DNA of 63,739 bases, filler included, from Asterionella formosa (taxonomy: Eukaryota): assembly GCA_002256025.1 (NCBI GenBank). It is 29 parts of 29 records of this genome, joined end to end, with 100 filler letters (N's around TTAATTAATTAA, not from the genome) between each part and the next. Parts side by side here need not be neighbours in the genome. Positions count along the whole stretch, not along the records: positions 46,892 to 47,923 come from NKIB01004824.1; positions 48,024 to 49,054 come from NKIB01004826.1; positions 49,155 to 50,185 come from NKIB01004827.1; positions 50,286 to 51,316 come from NKIB01004828.1; positions 51,417 to 52,447 come from NKIB01004829.1; positions 52,548 to 53,576 come from NKIB01004830.1; positions 53,677 to 54,707 come from NKIB01004831.1; positions 54,808 to 55,837 come from NKIB01004832.1; 21 more parts are not named here. One strand, written 5' to 3'. Position numbers and translations under genes: made by a program. Every line of letters begins with the position of its first letter. The first letter of the stretch is position 1. The notes under the pieces were generated by a model. The model searched no databases, was not told where the DNA came from, and saw only the letters and a program-made list of their open reading frames with translations. Of this stretch, positions 46,892-59,728 are shown piece by piece.

Positions 46892-47923
46892 GATTGGTGT
46901 CGTCGAATCTTGTAATCAGAGCTTGCCTTGTTTGTGGAACCGGCAAATCACCTGATCGTTTGTACCAACGCACCATTAATTTCAATTCTGGCACAGACAT
47001 CTGTTCTTTTGTTTTGTTCTGTTCTGTTCCTTCAATGTAAGTACTTTTCCGCGAAGTGTATTGAATTCTTGTTGCCTTTTTGTTTCTTTTGTACTAATGA
47101 CAATGTCTGAAATTCGCTTCCGTTCCAGTGTAGCAGCAAGAATATTTGGCCCAAGAGCAAAGGTTTGTGAAGAGGCCAGTAGTCCTGCTGTTATCCTCTT
47201 CTTGTGTCCCTCAATGTGTGAATCCGCTGTCTCCTTTCTCTTTCTAGCTTGGGCCTCCCGGTCGATTCCATTTTGCACATCCTCGCGTTTGCAAAACTCG
47301 TTAATTCTTCCAACGATTGTTCCGGCAAAGCCAGTTTGGAGGTTTAACTCATCAGGAGGGAGAGTGGCAGTCTCTGTGGGCGCATTGATGTTCTGTTGTG
47401 GTTGGGTTAGTTGAATTTCAGGGTGAAGCAAGACATTATAGTTCAGGGGATACCATCCTCGTTCATAAATTGCTTTCTTGTTTGCCGCAATATTTGCAAA
47501 GGAATTGTCCCATGCCGTATTCACCAGTTCAACAATGTCGACCTTGTTAATTGTAAGCTCTTGCCTGTGATCTGCTTTTAAGGTGAGCAATTTGCGTTTT
47601 GCTTTTGTGATGTTCATTTTGAAACAACCATTTTGCTCACTACTGTCTCCAACCTGCCAGTAGATTGTACCATAAGGAAAACCAATACAGACTGTCCAAT
47701 TGTGTACTGGGTTGTTTATGTATTCAAGGAACAAAATTTCAAATCGAGACCCATGTCCATCAAGTATTAGGAATGGTGGGGGCCCGTTGTTTCGAGGATG
47801 CCAGAGTCATCCATGTGCTTTAGCATGCCAACCAGAAGCTCTGCAGTGATTGAGCCGTTTTCCGACACACAGCAGTATGTAGGCAACTGTTTCCCTTCCA
47901 CATCACAGACTGGTCCTTGTGGA
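46892..47923 (-). mobile_element. pogo/Tc1-mariner-superfamily (DDE_1-like) transposase fragment with frameshifts
   Basis: SENGSITAELL, PFLILDGHGSRF, PYGTIYWQVGDSSEQNG, ERGWYPL. C-terminal MSVPELKLMVRWYKRSGDLPVPQTRQALITRF follows a frameshift near 47010. Confidence 0.8.
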
Positions 47924-48366
47924 NNNNNNNNNNNNNNNNNNNNNNNNNNNNNNNNNNNNNNNNNNNNTTAATTAATTAANNNNNNNNNNNNNNNNNNNNN
48001 NNNNNNNNNNNNNNNNNNNNNNNGTACTATTGGCAATACACCAGTGTGCCCTACAGAGTATCTGGTGTCGAAATGAAATTGAGAAGTGCTGCAGCATGAC
48101 GACGCAGCCAACGGATGGGTTTGCTTTATTTGAATGACCTTCTCTGGGGTATTAACACAGTGTTATCCTTTCGTAGGTTCCTGAGCTTGCTTTCGGAGTC
48201 AGCACTGGCTGCTCGAACCAGCCTTCCTTAATATTTCACATGAGATTGCTTTCGAAGTCAGCGGTTTTGGTGGAATTATGATATCTCTGTTCTGTTCAAA
48301 TGCCAAGGAATTCTGTACGTGTGGGTGTGAGAACGGTGTTGCTGCGTCACTCACTTCCAAGGCCAC

Positions 48367-49054
48367 AGTATGTGTACCTTCAGGATGTACCGGGCAAAGG
48401 CCACAATAATCATGGTACCTGGTGAGCGATCTTGCGCATCAATACAGATGTATATAGGGTTAGTGTTATATCATATATGAATAAGAACTCAATAATGAGA
48501 GAACTCGACTTACCCTCATTGTATACTTTGGTGTCGACTTGGAGAACGAGTTACACACAAGGATTAACAAATAAGCTCATATATTCAACAAATACTACTA
48601 CTTCTAGTTAGATACTTCACTTTGAATTCAAAAAGAGTCCAATTAGAATTAATATTGTTGATGTCCTCTCAAGTTCCAGTGGTCCCATTGATGAAGGATA
48701 ACAACATACTAAACATCAAGATTCAAACTTCTTTGTGTATCCTTACAAGCCAGGTCAACATTTGGAGTCTTACAGCAAAGATATGATCAATTGACGCTCA
48801 GGGGAAGCTTGTTTATTGATTTCAGTAAATCCTGTGATATGGCTAACACATATATCTTCAGTCCAGCAGATTCCTTGCTTGTTCACCTACTGCTACAAAA
48901 GATGGCTCACAGATATCGTCTTGTCTGACTGGATGAGCGTTGCAATACACTCAAATGCTCAGTCCCACCATAACAGTCTCAACAAGAAAGTCATAGTGAT
49001 GTGGCTGGAAGATTACCTTCTTCATGATATCTCTGAGAGTCAATAACAGTGGCT
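48367..49054 (+). mobile_element. Probable Gypsy 5' LTR (about 48367-48539), PBS-like TGGAGAACGAG and decayed internal sequence
   Basis: 48421-48539 matches the reverse complement of the sequence 3' of the Gypsy integrase (44621-44714). TGG follows immediately. The left boundary is inferred. Confidence 0.6.
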
Positions 49055-49156
49055 NNNNNNNNNNNNNNNNNNNNNNNNNNNNNNNNNNNNNNNNNNNNTT
49101 AATTAATTAANNNNNNNNNNNNNNNNNNNNNNNNNNNNNNNNNNNNNNNNNNNNAC

Positions 49157-49279
49157 CTGCCAGCGTACTTTAGCACGGATAAGGAGGCTGATGAAGAAAC
49201 TCAGTTGATTTTGAAGGAGTTGGCTGATGTGGCAGCAAAGAAAGCCAAGAAGAAGGCTAACAAGAAGAAGAAGAAATAG
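49157..49279 (+). CDS. Lysine-rich C-terminus of a gene (reminiscent of PA2G4/Ebp1), 5'-partial
   Basis: LPAYFSTDKEADEETQLILKELADVAAKKAKKKANKKKKK* at the contig start. Confidence 0.4.
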   Translation: MPAYFSTDKEADEETQLILKELADVAAKKAKKKANKKKKK

Positions 49280-50500
49280 GTTTTTTAATCATGGGTTGTG
49301 GGCTGGAGGATGGAGGGAGGTGATGAGACAGGAAATGATGATTAAGTGTTCTAAACTAATTATCCAATCAAGATTTACAGAAGGCTACAGCTCTATTTTG
49401 TCCTGATAGAAGCAATTGTTTTTAGATTGTGGTTCTAGATGGTTTTGGATTCAACAAAGCAGGCCCACTGATAATTCACAGAATGTTCATGTCAGACTAC
49501 ATGAAAATGAATTTTAGTCTTGATTGGGTGTTGTAGAACCTTTTTTCATGACCTAGCATACCATAGCTAATCTACCGGTTTACTGGGTTCATCATGGTTT
49601 ACCAGTACGTAGACTATACTTCCTTGGTGTCCATTTTGACACCTATGTGGGGCTGTGGGTAATGTTCGATCGTTTCATGATGTGGGCCTGTAAATGGGAT
49701 TGTTGTCCTGATGCAGTTTTATGCAAACAAGGAGGAAGGGGGAAAGATTTGTGATTGAGTCGAGTGAATCATGGAGTGTCAAATTGTTTCTTGCTTGGTA
49801 TTCATCCTCCCCCTTTTATCTTGTACTTCGTGTACGTGTGGCACAAATGTGGGGCTGATGACCCAACCATTCAGCCACTGCCCCGACTAGTCCGACCTTT
49901 TTTACCTCTTACCGCTTACCCGAAATCAATTACCGATATCACATGCTGGACGATCTGATCGAGCCTTGACAGTTCATCGCCGCAGTAATATATAGAGAAA
50001 CTCTGTTAGTGTAATCAAGGTATGCGCCATGGTGCCTGCTCTTCGCGTTCGTTGTTACTGTACAGTTCGATATTGAAAGCAAGGATTAGAGGCAAGGAAA
50101 GGAGAAGTGCGAAGCAGAATGAAAAGAATGAGTACTAATCATTTGAAAGGGATCAGGTTGGCCCGCTCTGACGACTCTACCACGCNNNNNNNNNNNNNNN
50201 NNNNNNNNNNNNNNNNNNNNNNNNNNNNNTTAATTAATTAANNNNNNNNNNNNNNNNNNNNNNNNNNNNNNNNNNNNNNNNNNNNATTTGTGTTTGTGTT
50301 AACCTAATTTTTTACAGGTAGTAATAGCAGTGTAATACATACATAAAATTGTGGTTATTCATGTATGACTTCACATATTTTCCTGAAATATTTCAAGACT
50401 TGTTTCCTCATTGCTCTTCTTGCCAAAATGGGTATTCATAGTATACATATACACATCAATCATCCTAATGGTATGTATATATAGCTATGTACATCAATCA

Positions 50501-50708
50501 GGGGAATAGCTTACTGGTAATTGGTTACCAGTAGCTAACCTTCCAAGGTGGTGGGTTTGATTCCTGCATTCTCCACAGGCTCTGTTCATGTAGTCCCTTG
50601 GGTTCCAGGTGGTGAGGCAGACAACAAGCAGGTCTAAAAGTGCGACTTAACCTCCACAATTGTCGAGTTCTTCAAAAATAGCATGATACCATAAAAAATT
50701 TTAATAAT
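50501..50708 (+). mobile_element. tRNA-Ala-derived SINE
   Basis: Head 50501-50575 with acceptor stem GGGGAAT/ATTCTCC-A (G3.U70) and B-box-like GGTTTGATTCC. Unrelated body, A/T-rich tail. 16-bp TSD CTATGTACATCAAYCA at 50485-50500 and 50709-50724. Confidence 0.85.
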
Positions 50709-51416
50709 CTATGTACATCAACCATCTTCCTTTTCTATTGCAATCATGTCAGCTGCGTGAACAGGAGAAGTGTCATTAGGAGGGTCCAGTAATAGTGACA
50801 TTGCTCTAGCTCTTTTTTCCTGATGATACCAACATACCATTGCATAGTATAAACAAGCAGTTGTCACTTACTTCCCGAACACAAGGTAACCCGAACTACA
50901 GTAACAGTACCTCCTGGTTCCGATACCTGGTTACCCCGGTTCGAGGATATCATTAGGCCATAGCGAGCACAAAAGGTGCGCGCAGTTTAGAATTTTAATA
51001 CTGGCACCCCGGACACATACGTGTTACTAGCATATTACCTTATATGTATGATTATTTTCTGTATTTGAAGATCAAAATTGACTACCAGTACGACTATCAT
51101 CGATGTACCGTGGTAAGTCTCATGTTACGAGGTAACCATACTGAACATGTGTAAGTACCAGTGTACAAACGCAGGGAGAGAACGGCTTCACTTCCACAAG
51201 CCGTTTCTGCAAACAGTTGATCGATTGGCCATAAATACAGAGGGCGAGTTCTCAGTCATTGTCATGTCGATCGCTTCTGATGTTATCGCTTCTGAGGTTA
51301 TCGATTGGGATGAAGCNNNNNNNNNNNNNNNNNNNNNNNNNNNNNNNNNNNNNNNNNNNNTTAATTAATTAANNNNNNNNNNNNNNNNNNNNNNNNNNNN
51401 NNNNNNNNNNNNNNNN

Positions 51417-52232
51417 AGGTTGTGATACTTGTCGTACCGACTGGTGTAATTTATAGATACTTTTGTTACGGTCGGTGCGGGCATCTCGGAAGGAATGTGC
51501 CACCTTGCATTCCGCACCCTTGTAACCAATGTCGTACCAATGGTCGTTCTTGGACTTTCGCTTGAGGAAACGACAGCCTTTCTCTTGCACAAGATGAGTA
51601 ACAATTGACCGAATCAGACTGGATTTTTCAGAACGGCTTCTGGCGTTCGAATATGCTTGGTAGTGGGAAGCAATACAAGATCGAAACTTTCGGTTACCAA
51701 TATGGTCGAAGGATCTCTTTCCCTTGGCACAGAGGATATCATTTGCCCGGGGCGCATCAGAAATCATATCTATAGAACTATCAGGCTGAGGTATTTCCTG
51801 TTCGATGAAAGAAGATGTCGTGTTCGGTTCATTTTCATCTCTGTCGGTCATTCCACGATAGTTGAAACGAGATTCATCCAGGCGCGTTACGCCCTGCTGC
51901 ACTGACTCAGCGTTCTCAGCTTCATTTCGTATACCGAAACCACCCTTCTTGTGGTAAATGCAAGGCGGTACTTCAATTTCATCCGTCCATCCATTCGTGG
52001 ACGATGCTTGTGGAGAAACAAACGGTTCCTGGACTAGCAGGTGATACATCTTACGTGTATTCTTGTTATCCTCTTTCTGAACAAGGAATTCATTTTTGTT
52101 GATGGTATCCATTGTGGTCACATCATCTGACGGCGATGTCTTACTTCGTGGGTTCATCAACACAAGTTCACCAAGAACTGTTTCTTGAAAGAGTGGCAAT
52201 TCCTCATTTTTGTATGCCCTTATCATATTCAT
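51417..52232 (-). CDS. DUF6824-domain protein (diatom-expanded family), 3'-partial
   Basis: NDILCAKG...HIGNRKFR...Y...RSEKS...IV......GCRFL......WYDI......KVAHSFRD. Confidence 0.88.
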
Positions 52233-53309
52233 TTACTAAATAATTTGGGGCAACGATTTGATAAAGTTAGATTTGGTTGATGTTGTATTAATACTAGGTG
52301 CCTCTCTGACTCAATTGGAAAGTGATATAGCAATCACTCTGCAGTGATTCTTTCCACCAAAGCGCAACTGTTGAGTAATAACAAGAATCAATTTAGGTTG
52401 GAACAAAGGCTTAATGCTGGATCGTCTCCTAATTATGAATGAAACACNNNNNNNNNNNNNNNNNNNNNNNNNNNNNNNNNNNNNNNNNNNNTTAATTAAT
52501 TAANNNNNNNNNNNNNNNNNNNNNNNNNNNNNNNNNNNNNNNNNNNNGTCAGAGACACAATTCTCCTTGAAATTACTAGTGAATATTTATATAAATATTT
52601 ATCATATTATGTATATACTATACAAAGCAAGTAACTGGTACACAAGAGGTGTAGCCAGAGATGTTCTAGTTAAAAGCAAGTGAGAAGTACAGCAGAGTTT
52701 CAGCAGGCACTACTGGCTAGCTGATGGGTTTTTTAAGGCTTTTTATGGATTACAAAACACACCACTGTTGCCTCTCCTCAGCCAGTTGAGCTGCTTGCTT
52801 TCGAGGTCAGCAGTGTGCAAACCACCAGTCAGCAAATTTAACAATGCAATGGTGAGTTTCTTCTCTTCAATTGCTGGGATGTATATTAGATTATCTAGGT
52901 GCAGATGGGTTAGGTGTGTATTATGTATCTGGCTGGATACCCATACTTTTCTACACATTTGCGAGACTAAACAATACTGGTTGCTCCGTCTCATATCCTA
53001 CAGTCGTAACTGTATTCGTACCAGGTACCAGGTACTCCGAGTACCTGGTATTTCATTTTACATGGTGCGTGTATATGATGCTGTGTATCATAGGATGCAA
53101 ATTGCCGTAGCACCACAGCAGTGGAATATTCTCACCAGCATAATACCCCGTAGATACCGGTACTAAGATTATAAAATGAATACCTGGTACCGGTACATAT
53201 GATGGCTCGACAGCTGCATATGACGGACTGACATACGGACATTCTACAGCAAGTGTAGACTTTTAGAGGGCACTTATACCTATCCTGGTACCTGGAGCCA
53301 GTATCTTAA

Positions 53310-53520
53310 AGAACTGCTGTGACCCACTGAGTTCTCCTATTCGTTTGATTAGTTCGACTAAACCTTTTCCATGCCTTGCGAGAATCAAACTTCCAGGTCT
53401 TGTTGACCAAAGGAGTCAGCAGGTTGTGGATCTGTCGGTATTCTCATTGAAGGTCGAGGTACTGAGATACGAACCCTTTTATGTGGACAAAATTTGCCGG
53501 TAATGGGTCACAGCAGTACT
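53310..53520. mobile_element. Tourist/Harbinger-type MITE (211 bp)
   Basis: 17-bp TIRs AG(A/T)ACTGCTGTGACCCA with one mismatch, flanked by TAA on both sides (53307-53309, 53521-53523). Confidence 0.8.
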
Positions 53521-53676
53521 TAAATTTTTATCTATAATTGTATATAATTTTATATACCATTATGATCACGGATTACNNNNNNNNNNNNNNNNNNNNNNNN
53601 NNNNNNNNNNNNNNNNNNNNTTAATTAATTAANNNNNNNNNNNNNNNNNNNNNNNNNNNNNNNNNNNNNNNNNNNN

Positions 53677-54707
53677 AAATATCCCATGTGTCGAGGACCC
53701 TGGCAGGGGGGACAGCCGCCACTGTGTCACCACAATATGTGATGAAATCAATGGCAGGTGTTGGCTGTCCCTCCCGCCGGCTTTGGCGAGTGGAGGCCCC
53801 CCCTCGGATGGGTAACACCCGAAAGGGAAGCCGCCACGGTCCCATCAGAATCTGCAACTCCGTCATCTTCATGTTGAAGTCTCCCATCATCACAATTGGG
53901 TCTTCTGGAAACTCCCGATGTAGAGCGTCCAAGGCTCGGGGCAGGGCCCTGAGCACTCGGATGCGATCCGCTCTGCATGGGACATAGATTGTTCCCACAA
54001 GAATAGGCCTCAAGAGGGTGGCCCCATAGACTCTCGCAAAAGTCCAAAATGGTGTGGCCTTACCAACTGGGGTACAGTTGAATTTGGTCGACACCAGTAT
54101 TGCCACACCTCGCTGCGACGCTGTCAGGTCCCCCATTGCTGTGAGGCAATGGTAACCTGGCAAACGAAGCTGCCAATCCGTTGATCGGAGCAGCGTCTCC
54201 TGCACTGCCATAACATCACACCGGGTTTGTTGCAACAGAAACCGAAGATCGGTTTTTTTCCGCTGCAGCCCGTTGATGTTAAGGGTGCCCACCACCAGTG
54301 GTGCCCCACAGCCATCTGGTGGTATCATGGGCGTTGGGGATCCGGGTGGGTTTATCTGAGCACCTGCGGCCGCAGATGCCAAGATTGGTCCCACCCTCTC
54401 CAAATACGGTATGTGGTGTCGGAAATACCACCCATACCGCGCCTTTCCAGGTTCCATCTTCCCCAAGAATGTAGCAACATAGGCGCTTGTTACCCAAATG
54501 TCGAATCTGATGCGTGCCTTGCATTCCTGCCAGACCCGAACCACTTTCGTCACATGGTCAACAATCGTCGATGCACGACAGAGGTAAGAGAGGCGTTCCC
54601 AGAATATATTGAGACTGCCCTCTTCCCCCCACACACACAACTGGACTTGGTCATTTCGGACTGCATCCTGTCGTATTAGCCGCGCCAGGAGCCGTGTTGG
54701 AAACTCC
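53677..54707 (-). mobile_element. LINE fragment with APE endonuclease, open copy of 10201-11233
   Basis: Reverse complement with identical end points. Uninterrupted APE ORF through AIDFI. Confidence 0.93.
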
Positions 54708-54807
54708 NNNNNNNNNNNNNNNNNNNNNNNNNNNNNNNNNNNNNNNNNNNNTTAATTAATTAANNNNNNNNNNNNNNNNNNNNNNNNNNNNNNNNNNNNN
54801 NNNNNNN

Positions 54808-55035
54808 CTACTGCAGTGGGACAGTAAATCATCATAGTTTTAGGATCGTATAATCGTAAAACTAAAAACCAATAGAACACCATATAATCAGGACTGTTGC
54901 TACTGCAGTGGGATAGTAAATCATCATAGTTTTATGATTGTATGATCTTGAAACTGAAAAGCTGTAGTCGTAGTAATAAGCAAGCAATAGAACACCATAT
55001 GTCTATGACTACTGCTACTGCAGCGGGACAGTAAA
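54808..55035 (+). repeat. Minisatellite of about 91 bp, same family as 2987-3302
   Basis: CTACTGCAGTGGGACAGTAAATCATCATAGTTTTAGGATCG units. Confidence 0.93.
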
Positions 55036-58000
55036 TGAATTTAAGATCATCGAACTTTAAGGAAGACAACGACAACAGTTATCAAGTAGTACAATGTCTT
55101 CAAGAAACCATAAAGAGGTTCATGGAAACAAGCGACATGTGGCAAATACTGCCGGTATTGAACAAAGAAGCAAGTTACAAAATGAGTTTACAAAGAAAAA
55201 GCGAATAGGCGATTATACAAAGCAACTCAATCGGCGATTGGGAGACGTTGGGGGTAATACCCCATCGTCGATGGGGACACCATCAGCTACTAGTACAAAG
55301 GATCCCGTAATTGATACTGACAGCAATGATGACGTTTCTACTTCAGTTGTTGATACAGGAAAAATGGCTCCTGTCGATGATACCATTATAAGTGGTACTC
55401 CGTACCACTTATAATGGTCTGCCTACATAGATACTGGTATTACACAGTTGCACCGGGTTTCATCAATTTTTTTTAACTGAATTATTATTGGCAAGGTTAT
55501 GGATAAGACACAAAATGCAAGAAATTTAAATACATCGTTGGACACAATATAAGATGAGATTTCCAAACTTGGGATAAACCATGCTTTTCACTCTTTTTTT
55601 CGATGGCCACTTTTGACCTAATGATAAATACGGGAATCAGATTGCTTGGGTTCTCCGGGATATTGGTGACTTACTGCTTACTGCAACTGATGAATCAAAT
55701 ATCCACAGTATTGATGGGTACTGGTACAACGTGGTTGTACCAGTTGTACCATCTACGTAGATACATACTAACCTAGTAAAAAGTACTGCTGGAACGGCCT
55801 CAAGTCACAACTTGTTGGACCTACCATTACAGCAGGGNNNNNNNNNNNNNNNNNNNNNNNNNNNNNNNNNNNNNNNNNNNNTTAATTAATTAANNNNNNN
55901 NNNNNNNNNNNNNNNNNNNNNNNNNNNNNNNNNNNNNCCCTGCATGCTAGAAACGGCATATCGGATATCACCGTGTGCCCCTTGCTCTGTTTCTTTTTCG
56001 GTGATTGGCTTCTCTAAGAGCGCTCCCATTATCTAATTTTGAAAATGTGTAACAAATATGTGAAGGCAAATGGGCAAAGACGAGCCGCAAAAGATGTACA
56101 TTCGCTCGTGAACGGCAGTGCCCTTCAATAATGACTAGAAGAAGCAAATGATAAAAATCTAAAATTGTTTGCCAAACACATACTATACGACCTCCGGTGG
56201 ACTACTTATCCTCACCACCATCGTCGTCAGCTACAATTTTTTAATACTCCTGCTACCACATCATGATTTGTCAAATGTCATGGGCACGAAAAGGAATACG
56301 ACCTAATGAAACGTACCTCATGGTATAGTCCGGTAATCAATATTTCAAGAATCGCTCTGAATATATCATACCAGAATGGAGTACGAGGTACCAGGTACCG
56401 TGTCGTTCTCCAACATGGCCGAGGTTCTATGCACCATGCATAATACTTTATACGTAAAAAGTCCATAAGTTGGCTCATGATGTACGGACCATGAGCTACA
56501 TAGGTATAAAGAAACAAGTAAAAAGATGCACCCTCAGCAGTGCAGTGAATGGTAGGCGCAAACACATGCATCTAAAAATCCAACAACAGCAACGCAAATA
56601 TGATGCTACCTGGTACCCATTTTATCGCAAATCATTGTGCCTTTCGGTACCTGTACCGTACTCTAATATATTACATACCGGTAGATCTACCGGTAGTCTA
56701 CTATATTTGACTATTGTTCGTCTGCCGGTTGGTGATGCTTATTGTGTTATAGGAGATGCTATGAATGTAAAACTATTGCTTTCCGTTTCCTCAGCAAAGA
56801 ACGATGAAAGAAGGTCGGAATGTCACATCTGGAATATCCGGCACCAACAGCGACGGTGATCCCGTTCCTACTCCCACTACACCCCTCTTGTCCGGTACTA
56901 TGAAAGCTGGTCGGAGCCATGTGCCACTGAGCAAGCAATCCAGAAAGATCAATAGTATTAGAAGAGANNNNNNNNNNNNNNNNNNNNNNNNNNNNNNNNN
57001 NNNNNNNNNNNTTAATTAATTAANNNNNNNNNNNNNNNNNNNNNNNNNNNNNNNNNNNNNNNNNNNNACCGACGCATCAAATGTTATCACAAGCGCCACA
57101 GCAGCAACGAATGACATCTAGAAAATCAAGAACAAGAGGACTGTTTTCAGTACACACAAGTGACAACAAGCGCCCACAACAAGCAACAAGCACAAAAGCA
57201 ACGAAGTGACAATGATACTGGAAGGTCTCCCTGCCAAGAACAAACACATGGCATTATGAGCACTGCAACAGCAATGGCATCTAGGAAATCAATAGCAAGA
57301 CTGTTTTCACAACACACAAACGCAACAAACAACAAGCACAATGGTACTGGAAGATCTCACTGCCAAGAACCAACACAAGGCATAATGATATTCACATCTA
57401 CGATTTCATTGAGAAATACATTGCTAACATAATACTTCTCCTTTACATTGTAGCTTCAATGGCGATTTGATTGTTTGATTGATTTTCGACAAGAAATAGT
57501 ACAGCTTTACTAGCAAATATGACATATCGTCACACCATAATACATGAAAAATATGCAACAAAGCTAGTAAATTCTGGCCCCACTACACTGTCCCTATTTT
57601 TGTATTGAAAACTCACCTGTTTACTGTAACAGTCATACATATTTTCCAATGTATCCAAAAAAACAGGCCTGTTGCCTTTAAAGGTTGTTTTTATAACCAT
57701 AATCCCAAATAATGGTCTTAAAAGTCACCACAATGGTCATTTGAAAGTCACTAGCTTTGTTGTCTTAATTGATTTTTAGGGGAATCAAATCAATTTTGAC
57801 CAATGATTACTTTGAACTAGTCTTAAAAATTACTGTAGGGTTTTATTGACCAGTGATTACTATCTTATGAACTAGTCTTAAAAAGTACTTAGGGGTTTTA
57901 TTGACAAGCCTCATCAAAAACTCGGGGAAACTAGCAAAACAAGTTTTATCTTTAACAATGAAGCCGGAACTGGAAAATTTTGCATTGCTGCAAGTGTACC

Positions 58001-58197
58001 TGCTGTTGCAATGCAGCAGAAGTGTGTACCTGAAGTACGTAATTTAATGATTGTCCGCCACTATTCGTACCACCGTAGCAGGCATAAGGTACCAGAGNNN
58101 NNNNNNNNNNNNNNNNNNNNNNNNNNNNNNNNNNNNNNNNNTTAATTAATTAANNNNNNNNNNNNNNNNNNNNNNNNNNNNNNNNNNNNNNNNNNNN

Positions 58198-58224
58198 TTG
58201 TTTGTTTGTTTGTTTGTGTTTGTT
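58198..58224. repeat. (TTTG)n microsatellite at contig edge
   Basis: TTGTTTGTTTGTTTGTTTGTGTTTGTT. Confidence 0.8.
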
Positions 58225-59601
58225 ACTCGAAATCAAAAGCTTTGGTGAATTTATACGACAGAATTGGAGAACGATGCATTAAAGGCCATACCCGATTCCA
58301 ATTCCAACTGAAATCAATAAGATAATACCTTTTGATCATAATTCGTGGATCAAAGTGAAGATGGACCAGCTGGCGGCGCAGTTTGTTGCTCATGGCCTTA
58401 ATCATGGGTCTTCCATTCTTATTGACTAGCTATTTGCGAGCACGTTTGTATGCTGCAGAATTACAGCCGCAACATCACTAATCAGGAAGTAGCTTCATTT
58501 CATTCAGGAAATAGTAGCATCACATGAGCCTTGAATAGCAGGGGGTTCGAAATAACAATTGCAGCTTTGCTTAATAACATTGTACTATCCCATTGTTCTC
58601 AGAAATCTCTTTATCGGCAACATCAGAGGCACTACTACTATATAGGACAGCCTAACCCCATTGCCACACATATACTACTTTCCACAAAGTGACCGCTTTA
58701 TATATATAGCTTAAATACTATACGTAGTGCAGCTTGTCCCACACATATGTTCTCGTCACTCCAAAGTGTAAAATATCAATGGTTGTCGAAATGAGTCCAA
58801 TGATGTTGATAAACTTCTCCGTTATTGGGGCGTCTCAAATGATCCTTGTATTTTTACTAATATTGTTGGTGCTGGTATTGATACAGAAGAAAAGAGGAAC
58901 ATGCTTCTGTGCACCATAACGGCCACATTTGAGAATCATAGCCAAAATTGGGAAACTTTTTTTCCTGACGAGCCGATGGAATTCGTCATACCTGTCATTC
59001 CAAAAGAAGATCACTAACGTCGTGTATTCTCCGTTTATGTATTGACACAGGCGAGTGAAAACGAAATAGTTGATGCCAGTTCATCTTCTCCCAATACCAT
59101 TCCAAGAAGTAAAGATCGTGTTGCTTGGCTGTATGCTCGTGGTAGATCTTGTTTCTACTTCCTCAGAGCGTCTAATTGAGTCTCTCGAATCTGATAGACT
59201 TGATATAAGGTCTTCCCCCTTCCAAAGNNNNNNNNNNNNNNNNNNNNNNNNNNNNNNNNNNNNNNNNNNNNTTAATTAATTAANNNNNNNNNNNNNNNNN
59301 NNNNNNNNNNNNNNNNNNNNNNNNNNNTAAGTGATCATAGGAGGTTATAGTCGACCATTGAACCAGTCGTTTTTCAGTAAACAAAAAATTAAGTAAATAG
59401 TGAGGTCCTTCTTCTTTCTATTCCTGTACCCTGACACTTTAAATCTCATGCAAATTTTTCGAGGAACCTTGACAGATGTGTTTTGTGTCAACTCCTTTTA
59501 TATGAATCAATCCCAGACCACTTTCATCCAGAATAAAGTCATCTGGTACTATAAGGAAGTCGCCGAACTCATTAATTTTGGGTTTACCACAAGGAAAGGG
59601 A

Positions 59602-59728
59602 TTTCTCTTTTCAACAAGAAGACCCATCTCGTCAATGTTGAATGTACCAGAAGTTTGAGGTTTTCTCTTTTCAACAAGACCCATCTCGTCAATGTTGAGT
59701 GTACCAGCAGTTGGAGGTTTCCTCTTTC
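59602..59728 (-). repeat. Tandem duplication of about 57-60 bp inside a decayed minus-strand ORF
   Basis: TTTCTCTTTTCAACAAGA(AGA)CCCATCTCGTCAATGTTGARTGTACCAG occurs twice. Confidence 0.75.

Noticed and set aside
50501..50575. Functional tRNA (Ala acceptor, TCC-like loop)
   Set aside because: D and anticodon arms are disrupted, the T-loop is mutated and the sequence lies inside a TSD-flanked insertion. Called as a SINE head instead.
55094..55414. 106-aa ORF after the minisatellite
   Set aside because: Low complexity, followed by stop-riddled sequence, no recognisable domain. Not supportable as a gene.
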